Below, in pieces: positions 1-12,200 of a stretch of DNA of 64,000 nt. Positions within the stretch are counted from its first letter, which is position 1. Every line of letters starts with the position of its first letter. A model generated the notes under the pieces. That model was not told the DNA's origin, did not search any database, and worked only from the letters and a program-made list of their open reading frames with translations. Source of the DNA: Mantamonas sphyraenae STR306. Taxonomy: Eukaryota; Protista; CRuMs. The stretch covers positions 62,001-126,000 of the forward strand of contig JAPMXV010000042.1 of NCBI GenBank assembly GCA_026936335.1, read 5' to 3'. The translations under genes were made by a program, and so were the position numbers.

Positions 1-228
1 GTCGTCTTCAGGTTCCCCCGTGGCCATGGCCTGCCACTGCTGTCCTTGGTAGTCGTACACGTGCACATGCGCGGCTGCCGTGGCGACCACAACGCCGGAT
101 GCTGACGACATCTGTGGGCAGGGTTTGCTTTGGCCCAGGTGACGCTGGGCCCTCGCTTGGCCAAATGTTGTCCTGAAGAGGGTCTCCTTCTCGGGGCTGG
201 TTGCTCGTGCGAGTGCACAGCCATCGGA

Positions 229-885
229 ATGAGCGAGGTTGAAGGAGGGCTGGACACGTCCGTGGTGCTGCTACACGAACGCATGGAACTGGCTCCGTGC
301 GCTGCTGCGTTGCTGAACAGCACGTGGAAACGGTCGCAGAGCGCACGGTTGGCACAGCTGGAGCGGTGCAGCGAGCAGTTGCCTGCACACGTTCTGCTGA
401 TCTGCACTCTCGACGAGTGGTCCGTTGCCACAGATGCGCCGCTCCCGGCAGACGGCTCCGTGAGCGAGGAAACTCATGAAGTAGTGGTGGCCCATGCGTG
501 TGCAAAGGCTGTGCAGGGCGAGGGCAAGGAGGGTGCCGTGCTGTGCGAAAGTGTCGTCGTCCAGTCCACCCTGCGTGGCATGGGCCTCGGCCGCGCCATC
601 ATGGACACACTGGAGCAACGTACATGTGAACTAGGCTACAGTCGCATGTATTTGTCCACACACGACAAGTACGACTTTTACGCGCATCTGGGTTTCGAAG
701 ACGACCAGCCCGTCACCTCGCTCGGCGGCAACGCAGCCTTGCTTGACGCCAGCCAGATCAAGGGACTCGCTGGCCTATTTGGCAGTGGAACAAATGTCAA
801 CAACAAGGACTCCTCCACGTCCAGTACATCCACAGGGGACGTGCAGTGGATGAGCAAGACGCTGGTAGCGAACAATAAGCAATAA
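229..885 (+). CDS. NAA80: GNAT acetyltransferase, actin N-terminal acetyltransferase NAA80/NAT6-like
   Basis: LLNSTWKRSQSARL..L..LP N-terminal motif, ESVVV...RGMGLGR acetyl-CoA motif, MYLSTHDKYDFYAHLGF; first ATG at 229. Confidence 0.75.
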   Translation: MSEVEGGLDTSVVLLHERMELAPCAAALLNSTWKRSQSARLAQLERCSEQLPAHVLLICTLDEWSVATDAPLPADGSVSEETHEVVVAHACAKAVQGEGKEGAVLCESVVVQSTLRGMGLGRAIMDTLEQRTCELGYSRMYLSTHDKYDFYAHLGFEDDQPVTSLGGNAALLDASQIKGLAGLFGSGTNVNNKDSSTSSTSTGDVQWMSKTLVANNKQ

Positions 886-962
886 TAACCATGTACAGAG
901 ACGCTCATCGTTGGTCATCCACCGCTCGGGCCTTGCAAACCAAACCATGGCGTGCGCAAGTG

Positions 963-1211
963 CTACCTGCGACTATGTGCGCCCAAGGCGCTGCTGGCTG
1001 CAGCCGAGCTGTCCGCGTGCCGCTTATCCCACTCATCCTTGGCGTACGAGCCCGCCACAAAGGCAACCGCGCCCCAGTAGATGGACGCAGAGATGGGATA
1101 CTTGCGTGGGCGAAACGCAATGCCCAGCAGCTTCTCAAACTGCGTTTCCGGCACCGGAGGCTGTGGCCGCCCGCTCATCCCTCTGGTTTTTCCCTGCATG
1201 CCGTCTCGCAT
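963..1211 (-). CDS. Small hypothetical single-pass membrane protein (5' end uncertain, possibly spliced)
   Basis: ORF with hydrophobic ISASIYWGAVAFVAGSY segment; pyrimidine-rich acceptor-like tract upstream (about 1236-1285). Confidence 0.3.
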   Translation of the reverse strand: MRDGMQGKTRGMSGRPQPPVPETQFEKLLGIAFRPRKYPISASIYWGAVAFVAGSYAKDEWDKRHADSSAAASSALGAHSRR

Positions 1212-1479
1212 GAACACGTGCGATGTGGTACTCACCTGTGCGAAAGAGATAGATAGAAAGGGAATGAGAGAGAGAGAGAGAGATGGAGTGTGTGCACGTG
1301 CATGTGTCCATCGGAAGAGGCGCTGGCCCATGCCTGGTTGTGCGGCGGCCCTGCATGCAACCACACACACTACCGTACAGTGTCCATCAAGGCGATGCAA
1401 CTACGAGTGTGTGGACCCCCTTAACCAAGCATTGTGTGCATTTTGGCAACTCCTCTCTCGGTTTTCCCTCACCCTGCGA

Positions 1480-3091
1480 TTACGAGTAGAAAGCAAACTC
1501 GGTGTCCGACTTGACAATTTGGATCTTGTAGGCCTTTTCAAAGTCGGCGGGCATGACCACGTAGCGGTTCTTGCGCACTGCCTGCATGCCTGCCTCCTGG
1601 CACACCGAAGTGATCTGGGCGGCGCTGATCTTGTCCGGGCGTGACACGTAGTCCTCAAGGTCGACCTCCTCGCTCAGGTTCATCTTGGAGGTGACGACCT
1701 GGTAGATGAGGCGCTTTTGGCGGCGGTCGGGCAGAGGAAACTCGATCTTACGATCCAGGCGACCCGGACGCAGCAGAGCCGGATCGAGCGTATCCTGCCT
1801 GTTGGTGGCCATGATCACCTTGACGTTGACCGTCACGTCAAAGCCATCCATCTGATTCAGCAGCTCCAGTAGAATGCGCTGCACCTCTCGGTCTGCGCCT
1901 GTTTGTGCGTCGAAACGCTTGGTTGCAATGGCGTCGATCTCGTCGATAAAGATGACGGCGGGTGAGTTCTCCTTGGCCATGCGGAAGACGTCGCGCACCA
2001 TACGCGGCCCCTCTCCAAGGTACTTTTGCACAAACTCTGAGCCGACGACGCTGATGAAGGCCGCGTCCACGTGGTGTGCCACTGCCTTTGCCAACATGGT
2101 CTTGCCACAGCCGGGCGGGCCATACAGGAGCACACCGCGCGGCGGGTCGATGCCGATTTGTTTGTAGAGGTCAAAGTGAGTGAGGGGCAGCTCGACTGCC
2201 TCCCGGATCTCCTGCTTCTGGATGTCCAGGCCGCCGATGTCCGAGTACGTCACGTCGGGTTTGCCCTCGTTTGTCACCATCTGGATGCTCGAGTCGGCTT
2301 CTGGCGGCAGGATGTCCACCAAAGCGTTGCTGTGGCGGTGCAGAGCCACACTGCAGGACGGCTTCAGTTGCTCCCGGTTGAGCGTGGACAGGATGCCCAC
2401 GAGGTAGGTGTTGGACGACGTCGACCCCACAATGCCGCTGTTCTGGTCGATGATTTCCATAAACTGGCCGATCATGAGGGGCACCGACTATGTGTGTGTG
2501 TACCACGCCGTGTGTGTCAGTGACACTGTGCTTCGCTGCTGGACGTGGGGTCTCCAGAGGGGAAACGCGCGTGGCCAATTCCGGCCCTTCCCCTCCTGCA
2601 CACAGGCGGCCCAGCGCCGCCGGCTCTGCCTCACGCGCCTCCTTACCTGGATACGCTTCACCTCCTCCTGCGCGCGCAACAGCTCCCGTTTCAGGTTCTT
2701 GTACTCGTCCTTCACGTAGTCCTCCTGGATCTCCAAAAACTCCTTCTGTTGTTGCAGGCGCTTCAGCGCGATGTACAGATCCTTGGCACTGTCCTTGTCT
2801 ACGCCGTGCACATCCAAGTCAAACACGCTCGACGCCGACGTGCTGCCTGTATCTTCCTGTGTCGAGTGCGTGCGGTGCTGTGTGCAAGTGCGACATCCAC
2901 GAGCCACCCTGCGCGTCAGCCACTTTGCGCGCGTTTCGTTTCCGCCGCGCCGCGGGTCCATTCCGCCCTCACCGCACAAGCCAGCACGTCACGGAGACGC
3001 ACAGCCGCTCCTCACAGCTCACGCTCTCACACACGCACACGCCCCCCAACCGGCCGCATACCTTTTTCTTCTTGAGGCCAAGCTCGTCCAT
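1480..3091 (-). CDS. PSMC4: 26S proteasome AAA-ATPase subunit RPT3 (3 exons)
   Basis: GPPGCGKT Walker [28 protein letters not shown]-terminal coiled coil; introns about 2488-2646 and about 2857-3061. Confidence 0.96.
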
Positions 3092-3145
3092 CGCTTTGGG
3101 TTCTGCTGCCTGCTTCGGCGCGGCCACGACGATCCATCTGCACAC

Positions 3146-4144
3146 ATGCCGGGCAAACGGAAGCATTTCCACAGAGGTGGCCACAAGGGAGGCAAGCGTC
3201 AACGGGTGGGGATCAATCCGAGTGGTGGCATCAAGGGAGCCCTGGTGACGTTTTCGGGCAACCAGAAGGGCGCAGTGAAGAAGGAACTCGCGCTGTTGTT
3301 TGAAGAGTATCATGACGAATGGTATGGCAACGTGCTGACTCTCAAGATGGAGAAGCAGGCAAGAGAGGCCGGCGTGGACGCAGAGACGGTGCTGGAGCAG
3401 AAGATGCAGGAGCAGCAGGCCAGCGAGCAGGAGCAGCAGGAGCTGACGGTCGAGGAGGAGATGTCCCGCGAGCTGGAGGCGCTGCAGGAACAAAAGGCGA
3501 GCGACAAACCATTCCACTTTATCGACATGGACATGAAGGGATGCATGTTCATGAAGTTCAACGACAGGCGCGTCAACCCGGCCGTGTTTGTGCCCCGCGC
3601 CTTTCGCAAGCTGGCCGAGGCAGGTCAGTCACGCACACGCTTTGTTGTGCGTGTCCTGCCCATCGAACGCACGGGACCGGCCAGCCTCGAGGCACTTGCC
3701 GAATTGGCTGACCTCATTGTGAAGCCATTCTTTGCAAAGCGTGATACCGACGCCTCCGAGGAGGCAAGCAGCAGCAGCAGCAGCAGTAGTATCAGCAGCG
3801 CAGAGCAGCAGGAGGAGAGTAGGGATGGAGAGTCGAGTGGAGGGATGGGCAAGCAGCAGGAGGACGATGCCCCTCATTACAGCAATGGGCCTGTGACATA
3901 CGCCGTGGAGTTCAAGGCGAGGAACAACCAACAGGTGTCGCGCAAGGATGCCATCGACACGGTGCTTCGGCGTATCGACCAGAGTGTGGGCCACAGCGTG
4001 GACCTGAAGAACCCCCAAGTGGCCATCATCGTACAGGTGTTCAAGGCGTCGTGCGGCATCAGCATCGTCCCAGGATTCAAGACTGAGCTGCACTCCTGCA
4101 ACATTCGCGAGTTGCAGACCTCATTTGGGGGGGAGGGACTTTAA
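3146..4144 (+). CDS. THUMPD1: THUMP-domain protein 1 (TAN1, tRNA ac4C adaptor)
   Basis: TRFVVRVLPIE, TYAVEFKARNN, HSVDLKNP..IIVQVFKASCGISIV. Confidence 0.85.
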   Translation: MPGKRKHFHRGGHKGGKRQRVGINPSGGIKGALVTFSGNQKGAVKKELALLFEEYHDEWYGNVLTLKMEKQAREAGVDAETVLEQKMQEQQASEQEQQELTVEEEMSRELEALQEQKASDKPFHFIDMDMKGCMFMKFNDRRVNPAVFVPRAFRKLAEAGQSRTRFVVRVLPIERTGPASLEALAELADLIVKPFFAKRDTDASEEASSSSSSSSISSAEQQEESRDGESSGGMGKQQEDDAPHYSNGPVTYAVEFKARNNQQVSRKDAIDTVLRRIDQSVGHSVDLKNPQVAIIVQVFKASCGISIVPGFKTELHSCNIRELQTSFGGEGL

Positions 4145-4219
4145 TGTTGAGCGTGCAATGCAAACCCTGCCAAAACCCTGAACCTTGAATTGGTTGTGAG
4201 CGCGCCCTCGCTCGTCTCT

Positions 4220-4662
4220 TCACCTCCTCCCGGCACCCATCTGCATCAGTCGCTTCTTCAGCGCCTGAGCCTTGGCCGGCAGCAGTGCGTCCTTGGTTTG
4301 CATCAAGTAGCGATCGATGTTGCCTAGCTTGGCAATCGTGCGCAGCGCCTTGGTCGTCACAGGAAACACAATCTTCCGTTCCAGCGCCTCGCTCTCAAAC
4401 GCCTTTTTCTGCACGTTCGGTTTGAACGAGCGCCGTGTCCTGTGCCAAGCGCGGTCGTGTTAGGTTGCAGCGCCACCACGCAGCGGGTGGGTGTCAGCAT
4501 ACGGCTCGCAGAGAACGCGTTTCACGGCCACAGCCGGGCATGCACTCACTTGCGCTGCGAGAACGACACGTTGTTGCCAAACTGCACCCCCTTGCCATGG
4601 TAGAGACCCCTTGACGCACGCCCGGGAATGCTTGAGCGCAACAGAATTGATCCAGCCTTCAT
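4220..4662 (-). CDS. MRPL28: Mitochondrial ribosomal protein bL28m (intron 4440-4549)
   Basis: Spliced product RASRGLYHGKGVQFGNNVSFSQRK/TRRSFKPNVQKK...VTTKALRTIAKLGNIDRYL. Confidence 0.9.
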
Positions 4663-4729
4663 TGCGTTGCTTGGCCAGGCGCACTGGCACAGCAGAACCA
4701 AACCAACGCCACACCGACCCCCAACTCGC

Positions 4730-5337
4730 ATGCGACGTCCGCCGCGACCCTCAGAGCAGCCTCTGCGAACTTCGGCGCCGTGCATTCTCATCGGTGTCCT
4801 CATCATGGCGGCGGCTGTTTCTGCCCTCCTGTTGAGCCGAAGCACGGACGGCTCGTCCAGCTCGCGGTCGTCCCTCACCGAGGAGCCCCAATCTCTGGAC
4901 GAGCGCTACCAGGATGGCACCTCCAAGGGAGGGGATGGCGATGTCGACAACATGCTGGATCCCAACGAGCAGACACAGCAGTTTGCCGTCAAGATCTACG
5001 GAGGCCAAGACGTCGCCCGCAAAGTCGCCGACTCCCTCGGTTGCAAGGTTGGTTTTCACACGTCGTTGTAGTCCTCGTTGAGTCGACGCCAACTCTACTC
5101 ACCACGGTGGAGGTGTGCATCCCACTCGGTATCGCCCTGCGGCCTACTAACACCCTCGTCCAAAATGGTCTCTCCGGTTCCCCGGCTCCATAGTTTGGCG
5201 GCGGAGTGGGCGTCTTGGAAAACCACTACATTTTCAACTGCCCCGCCAGCACTGTACAGTCCACGCTGGAGAACAACGACAAGATTCTGTGGCTGGAACG
5301 TCAGACAAAACGCCAGCATCACCCAAAGCGCCAATGA
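4730..5337 (+). CDS. Membrane-anchored or secreted stand-alone peptidase S8 (furin/kexin) prodomain protein (intron 5048-5193)
   Basis: Hydrophobic N-terminal segment, then FAVKIYGGQDVARKVADSLGCK/FGGGVGVLENHYIF...ILWLERQTKRQHHPKR Q*, which resembles proprotein-convertase prodomains. Confidence 0.7.
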
Positions 5338-5396
5338 AAACGAGCATGCACATCGGAACAGGCGGATACGATGGCAGTGGTGGTTCATCACTTTAT

Positions 5397-6482
5397 TCAC
5401 ACAAACAGCACCATAGCTGTCACATTGTCTGTGGACTTGCTCTCAATCGCCTGCGTCACCAAATGCCGCGCTGCCTCTTGGGCAAGGAACGGCCTCTCGC
5501 CAGGCCAATGCTGAGCTTGCACCCACCACGAGTGTACGATCCCATGCACCTTCTTGTCGTCCAGAACATCAGAAACCCCATCCGAAAACAGGACAACAAA
5601 GTCGACACCCGCTCGTTCCAGCACTTGCACATGTGGCGTACTGATCACCCAATCTCGCTCACGCATACTGCGATTGGATGCTTTAAGGTAGCCATCACCT
5701 AATGCACGTGTCACCGCCAGGATGCCTCCCACGCGCCCTCGTTGCACGGTGCCACCCAGTGCCTCGATGCGTGCCACCTCACCCCTGTGACTGCCCTTGT
5801 GATCGTCGCTCATAGCACGCGCGCTCTGGTTGACGCTTGCAATGCATCGCGAGTCACCTGCGTTGCTCACGCGCACGTGTGTGCTGTTCACCTCGACCAC
5901 CACCGCGGTGCTCCCGTCTTTGCGTCCCAGGCGCCGCGTGTATTCCAACACCGTGTCGTCCACCTCTCTGTACACTTGTTCCGGCGTTGGGTCCTCCCTG
6001 TCACGCAGCAGGGTTGTCATTGACATGGCAGCCACGCGTGAGGCAAAGTCGCCCCCGTGGCCGTCAAACACGCCATACACTCCTGTGGTCACGCTAAACA
6101 TGTCCTCCTGATAGGGTCTCCTTCCACGGAGAACACACGCACCAAAACTGACCCCATTTGATGTGTGTGAACCGCGCGTGGAGATTGACTGCGTGTGTGT
6201 TTGCAGCACACGTCCAGAGACAAACGCGTTGCTCTGCACGTCGTCCAGACAACTGTCCAGTCTCGATGCATTGTTCGTGGCCCCACACAGCTGTGACACA
6301 GCAAGGAATACCTGTTTGTCTACTCCCGGGCCTGGCTGGACGTCTGCCCACCGCGTCGGAATGCGCACCGTTCTCCGCCCAGCCGCCACCTCACACAACA
6401 ATCCCAACCACAAGAATGCCAGCAACAAACGCCTTGGATACGTTGGACACCTCTGTGCCGTTCGCACATGGGTTCTGTCCAT
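5397..6482 (-). CDS. PP2C/PPM protein phosphatase with signal-peptide-like N-terminus
   Basis: GRRPYQED, GVFDGHGG, GSTAVV, NAGDSR, LAVTRALGD, SDGVSD, DNVT motifs; LLLAFLWLGLLCEVAAG leader. Confidence 0.9.
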   Translation of the reverse strand: MDRTHVRTAQRCPTYPRRLLLAFLWLGLLCEVAAGRRTVRIPTRWADVQPGPGVDKQVFLAVSQLCGATNNASRLDSCLDDVQSNAFVSGRVLQTHTQSISTRGSHTSNGVSFGACVLRGRRPYQEDMFSVTTGVYGVFDGHGGDFASRVAAMSMTTLLRDREDPTPEQVYREVDDTVLEYTRRLGRKDGSTAVVVEVNSTHVRVSNAGDSRCIASVNQSARAMSDDHKGSHRGEVARIEALGGTVQRGRVGGILAVTRALGDGYLKASNRSMRERDWVISTPHVQVLERAGVDFVVLFSDGVSDVLDDKKVHGIVHSWWVQAQHWPGERPFLAQEAARHLVTQAIESKSTDNVTAMVLFV

Positions 6483-6507
6483 TTCACTGGTCGCCTGCCC
6501 GCAGCCG

Positions 6508-9170
6508 TCACGCGCCACCCAACTTCTCGTACTTCTGGTAGCGCGACATGCCACCCAGCTCCAACAGGGCTGTTTTGCGCCGTTTCCATACTCGGAAGCG
6601 CCACACACCCAAGGCCACGACCGCAACGGCGCCAACGCCACCGATGATGCCCCACGCCTCGTCGGGGCGAAGACCCGGAATCGGATTGGCAGGCGTCCAC
6701 GGTTCAACACCGCCGTTGTGGGGCACAGGTGACGGGGTCGGGTGGTTGGGACCCGGATTGGGCATGCAGCCAGACACGGTCCAGCCTTGTTTGGGCGTGC
6801 CCTGGGTCGACTCGGTGCACACGCCAGGTTGGATCAGCTTTTCCACACAGCCCAAAGTGCAATTGGACTGTTCCTGACACACAGTCAGCCCCACGCTTCC
6901 GTTGCTGTAGCAGTGGAGGCGTGCCGCACCGGCAATGCACACCTCGACCGCAAAGCGCCCTGGCAAGGCAGGGGCAGATGAGCCGCACCCAGACAAATGC
7001 ACTTGCACATCCAACACTTCACTTCCCTCCACAGTTGGTTCTGAGCACAGTCCCTGGCTCAGTGCGCCACCGGGCGTGCACTTGTGCGACAATGTCGTCT
7101 GGAAGCTCGGCGCGCCGCTGCACTGCGCGTTCGTCCACATCAGCTCGTGCACAACTCCCTCTCCATCACATCCGATCTGCGTCGATCCTGTCGCTGCAGG
7201 GATGCACTGGTTAAACTCGTAAAAGGCGGCAATGGGCGAGCTGCAGTCCTGCATGTCTGCATGCATGGAAATGTACGCAGGCGTCAGATGCTCCGGCTTG
7301 GGTGGCACAGGCACTATGGCCTTGAAATCGGGCCAGTCGTACCCGCACACAAACTGCTGGTTGTACGTCGGGCGGCCTTGGATGGGCATGCTGAAGCAAC
7401 TCGCAGATTCCACTTCGCCTGGTCCAATGCACGCCGTGTTCTTGTACACGTAACGCGTGGGATGCCATCCGCTCCACAAACAATCCTCTGCGACCGCTGG
7501 CTTCCAGCTGCGAGGCAGGCTCCACTGCGCGATGCTCGCATTTCGTCGTAGTTGTTCACGTTGATGTCCTTGCACTGCAGCTTGACCCCTGGGGGGCTGT
7601 ACTTTACAAATTGAATCGCCCATTTGCCGGGAAACTGTTTGCTACACTCCATAGCGATTGTGGAGAAGTTGCCTTGCCTCTGACACATTTGCTGTCCGGT
7701 GGCCATGAGCGAAGACTGGGTTGCGTCCCAGCACCGGTCAACGCCATCAAATTGGGCGTATTGGGTGCGGCGAATCACATCTTTGCTGAGACACACCTGC
7801 GTCGAGTTGTCACCCTGCGAAGTGCACATCTGCCCACGGTTGCCATACTCAGTGCTGAACTGCACCACCTCGCTCGAACTGCCATCACAATTGGATACGT
7901 TGTACGTGATCGTGAGCGGCGGGGTCGGGTGCACATCGCCAGCGATGACGTCGCGCGTCATCAGCGGCCAGTCTGTGCCGCACACGTACAGCTGTGCGTT
8001 GCCGTTCCACGTGGACAGACAATCGTAGAAATTGGGCACCTGAAACGGCTGCGTGCAATTCGCATCCAGGAATTGCTGCTGCGTGGGTACGCCTCCACTG
8101 CAGGTCCACATTTGGAAGCGCCCAGCGCTCGTTTGGAAACATTTGCCCGCGTTGTACACCACAGCCTGGTCGTAGTTGAATGCATCGATGCCTTTGCAGC
8201 TGCTGGTGCCCATGCGCGTCAAAGAGGCAACGACGGGCCCCTTCAGAGTGTGCACCTCGCAGTCGTCTTGCTTCTGTCGCATCTCTGGTGCCCCAAACAC
8301 CGACGTGCACGACGATGAAAAGTCGCGAGTCTCTGTGGGCATACCCACACACTGGTTGTTGTCGTACGATGCCTCTTGCGGCATGGGGATGGTTAGGTTT
8401 GCGTCGCAGCGGGTGGTGCGATTGTCTTGGCACTGTTGGAACGTGTTGCTCGACAACAACGTGATCTGCATGATATCGTCTGTGTTGAACACACACTCGG
8501 TGTTGCGAATGTACGTTGTGGCCACGTGTGGGCCTTGCAACAGCTGCGGTTCTTGCGCCGTTCCCACACACCCGTGCACATGCACAGCTGTGTTGCTGTC
8601 CACCTGGACACACTGTCCCCACATCTTTTCAGGCACCGTCAGCACCTCTGTGCATGCTGTACACCCCTGCTCGCATCGCAAGACGCGTGCAGCGCTTGCA
8701 TTGCAAGCAAATTGCAACGCTGCCCCCGTGTCCGTCACACATTGCCCACTACCGGCCGTCACATACGTTGCACGCCTTGGGTTACAAACTGACTGCGCGT
8801 ACAGCGTGACTGCGGTGCTGCTGCCGCTCGCCAACGCTGGTGGCGAGCAGCTGAACTGCTTTCCCGCGTTGCACCCGCTGCCTAATGGCCGTACGTCCTC
8901 TGTGAATCCGGAGCAATTCCCGTTGGCGAAAACAACCTCTACGGCCTGCCCATGGACACATCCCGTCACCATGCTCTGTCCAGGTTGCGGTCCGGCCACG
9001 CATTGAACGTTGCCACGGCCAAACACAACCTCCGGAGACCCAGCACACTGGCTATCCACAAAGCGAGACTCGTACGCAGCTCCAACCTGATACTGGTTCA
9101 CTTGCAGGCCATGCACGCACCATACGGCGGCCATCAGCGCCAAAAAGCTCGGCGCAAATCGAGCAAGCAT
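6508..9170 (-). CDS. Cys-rich type I cell-surface glycoprotein (frameshift near 7541)
   Basis: Signal peptide MLARFAPSFLALMAAVWCVHG, repeated Cys modules, TM WGIIGGVGAVAVVALGVW, basic stop-transfer, YEKL tail; two overlapping ORFs are joined by one missing A. Confidence 0.7.
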
Positions 9171-9224
9171 CGCAGTGTGGATGAAGTTGGGTTTGTTTTT
9201 GGGTTGGATGGCCACACGCACATC

Positions 9225-12200
9225 TCACAGATCGTACAGCTCGCCAATAGCATCTGCCAGGGCATCCGTGTTCATGGTCGCCCTTGGGTTAGTGCTGCCT
9301 CCGAACGCAGGAGGCGGCGGCGGAGTGCCAAAGGCGAAATCGCCCGGCGGCGGCGGCGGCGGGTTGTTGGAGAAGCCCATGGGCGGGGGCGGAGGAGGAG
9401 GTCCACCGCTGAATGCAGGCGGGGGCGGAGGAGGAGGAGCCGTGCTGCCACCGCCAAACGCAGGCGGGGCTGGAGGAGGCGGAGGCGGCGGACCGCCGGA
9501 GCCTCCACCGAAGCTGAAGCCAAGGTCTTCCTCTTGCGGCGTTTCCAGGGGAGGCGGAGGCGGAGGCGGGTTCAGACTTGATCCGCCTGTGTCTGTGGAA
9601 AAGTCTGTCTTTTGAATGGCCGAGGCCAGCGCCAGCGGATCAAACGTCGCGCGGTTGCCTGCCACATTGATGGAGGCTGTCGAAGGGGCGTTGAACGAGG
9701 GTGGCGCGAATTCGTCCTCTCCGTCATCTGAATCATCGTCCTGCACCTCAATCTGCACGTTTGCGCTGCTCATGGACGCAGAGGACGACGATGACGACGA
9801 GGAGGATGATGAGGACGACGACGACGACGAGGATGACGACGACGACGACGACGAGCCTGCAGGGCGTGCCACAAATCCCGAACCGTCGTGCTCACGCGAG
9901 TCAAACACAAAATGCTCGCGGTTGTACGGCCTTCCGATGCGGCGCAGATCGGCGCCAAACTCGTCGGGGTAGTTGCTGCGGTGGACCTCGAGGTTCTCTG
10001 CAATGCAATCCTTGATGGTGGCCATGGTGTCGCGCAGCCTGTCTGCCACGCGAGCGCCCTCCTTGCTGTTGCTGGTCTTGGTGATACGGTCCACGTCGCC
10101 GCGTGGATACTCCATTTCGATGAGGCTGGAGTTGTTCTGGATGGCGGCGCGGAAGGTCTGGAAGCCAGCCAAAGTGGTCATGTTGTCGTCCCAGTCCAGG
10201 TGCAAGAGTGTGCGATTTGTGCGCAACGCCTCGGCCAGAGCCTTGGTGCCCAAGTCGCCGATCTTGTTGCCGCTAATGTTCAGGTAGGTGATGGACTCGT
10301 TGGCGCCGATGCCTTCGAGCAAAGGGATGAGCTCCTTGCCTGCGTGCCACTTGTCGGAGCCGGCGACACTGAGCGACTCCAGCTTGGGATGGACGGAAAT
10401 GAGCTTGCTGATGGTCACGTTGGCCGCCGCACAGTTCTTGTCTTTCTTCATGTTGCGGTCAAGCACAAGGCATTCCAGAGTGGTGTTGGACATGAGGGCC
10501 TCGCAGATGCGGGAGACACCCTCGGCCTTGAATTTGTTGTCGGACAGCACGAGCTTTTGCACGTTGCACGAGTCGCGCAGGGCGAGCTCGATGTTCTTGG
10601 AGCCGTTGACGCCCAAGTTGCAGGACGAGATGTCCAAGGTGACGTTGCTGATGTTGTCGTTGTGCAGACAACCGGTGACGATGGCCTCCATGGAGTCGCG
10701 CGGCAATGGTGACACCGGACAGGTTGATTGTGTTGATGCTGCTGGTGGCAGAAAGAACCTCGGACAAGGAAACGGCTGCGTTCTTGTCGACTTTGTTGCG
10801 AGAGAGGTCGAGGGTGGCAAGGTTGGGGCAGGAGGTGCGGATGACGCTTGCGATGGACGGGACGTCCACGTTGGTGTTTGCAAGGCCGAGGTAGTGAATA
10901 CCGTTGCAGTGTTCGAGGAAGCGCATGGTGCTCATCCATGAGGCAAGGGCGGTGGAGCCGTTGTTGTCCACGGAGTTTGAGCTGAGGCTGAGCTCCATGA
11001 TGGTTTCGCTGAGGATCTTGCTCTCTTCGAAACGCTGGGTGAGCTCGCGCACTCCCTTTGCGCCAAATGAGCACTTGTCGAGTTTGAGGGAGACGAGGCC
11101 ACCCTCGAGGGCCTTGAGGCCAAAGGCAAGGCCCTGGAGGCCCTTGTCGTGGATGCTGTTGTGGGAGAGGTCGAGGTAGCGCAGAGGGATGGTGGGGTTT
11201 TTGGTGAGGGCATTGCCGAGGGCAACAAAGCCTTCGGAGGCCTGGACACCGGTAAGGGTGAGGCTGGTGATGGTCTGATTCTGGGTGAGGGCGTCGGAGA
11301 TTTTGAGGACGGCGTCCTTGCGCGGTACGTTGCGAAGGACAACGGTGTCAAAGTAGGTGTTGTAGCGCAGGGCGCCGACGATGGGTTTGAGGTCAAAGGT
11401 GAGCGAGGTGTTGAGCTCGATGCCTGGGATGTCCGAGAGCTCGAGGCTGTGGATGCCGTTCTCGATGCAGTCCTCGACGTGGCGGACGACCTCGAGGCTG
11501 ACGGCACAATAATTCCTGTTACAAAAGGCCTGGTAGGCCTCGACAAAGCCGCCACCGTTCTCGTCAGGTGGTTCGATGTCCAACAGCCTGTGTGTGCGAG
11601 GGAGGGTGGGTGAGGAGGGGGGAACGTGTCAGGAGCGGCAGAGCGATTGGCACGTGGATAGGTCTGTATGCAGACATGGGCAAGCGTGGGTGCGGGATGT
11701 GCAAATGCATGTTGATACGCGCAGAGCGTGTGCGTGTGTTTACAAGGCCGGAGGAAACCAAATGGCCGCGGCAGGGAGTGCTGAAAGAGGAAAAGAGGGA
11801 GGCCGCGCCCAGACTCGCAACGGGCAGTAGGGGGCTTTGCCTGCAGGCGCAGCTGGGGCGAGGGAGAGGGATGCAGAGGTCCCAGGCCATGGAAAGGGGC
11901 AGGTGACGTGCATGGACTGGTGTCTGGGGAGAACGAGGGCAGCATGCAGGTGGGAGGAAGGGCGAAAGAAGGAAAGAGGCCAAATTCCGGGAGCAGGAGG
12001 GTGGGTGAAATGGATAGCAAAGGGCCAGGGATGGGCGGATATGGGCCGACGATGCAACGATGGCGGCCACGAAAAGGTGTGGCGAGGAAATGGGCATGCA
12101 GATGGCGAGGAAGGAGGGCCGGGGGAGGGCGATGGACGAGTGGAACGGGGGGGTGTCTGTTGGTGGACAAGGGTGCGGAGGAAAACGTGCAAAGGCCCGG

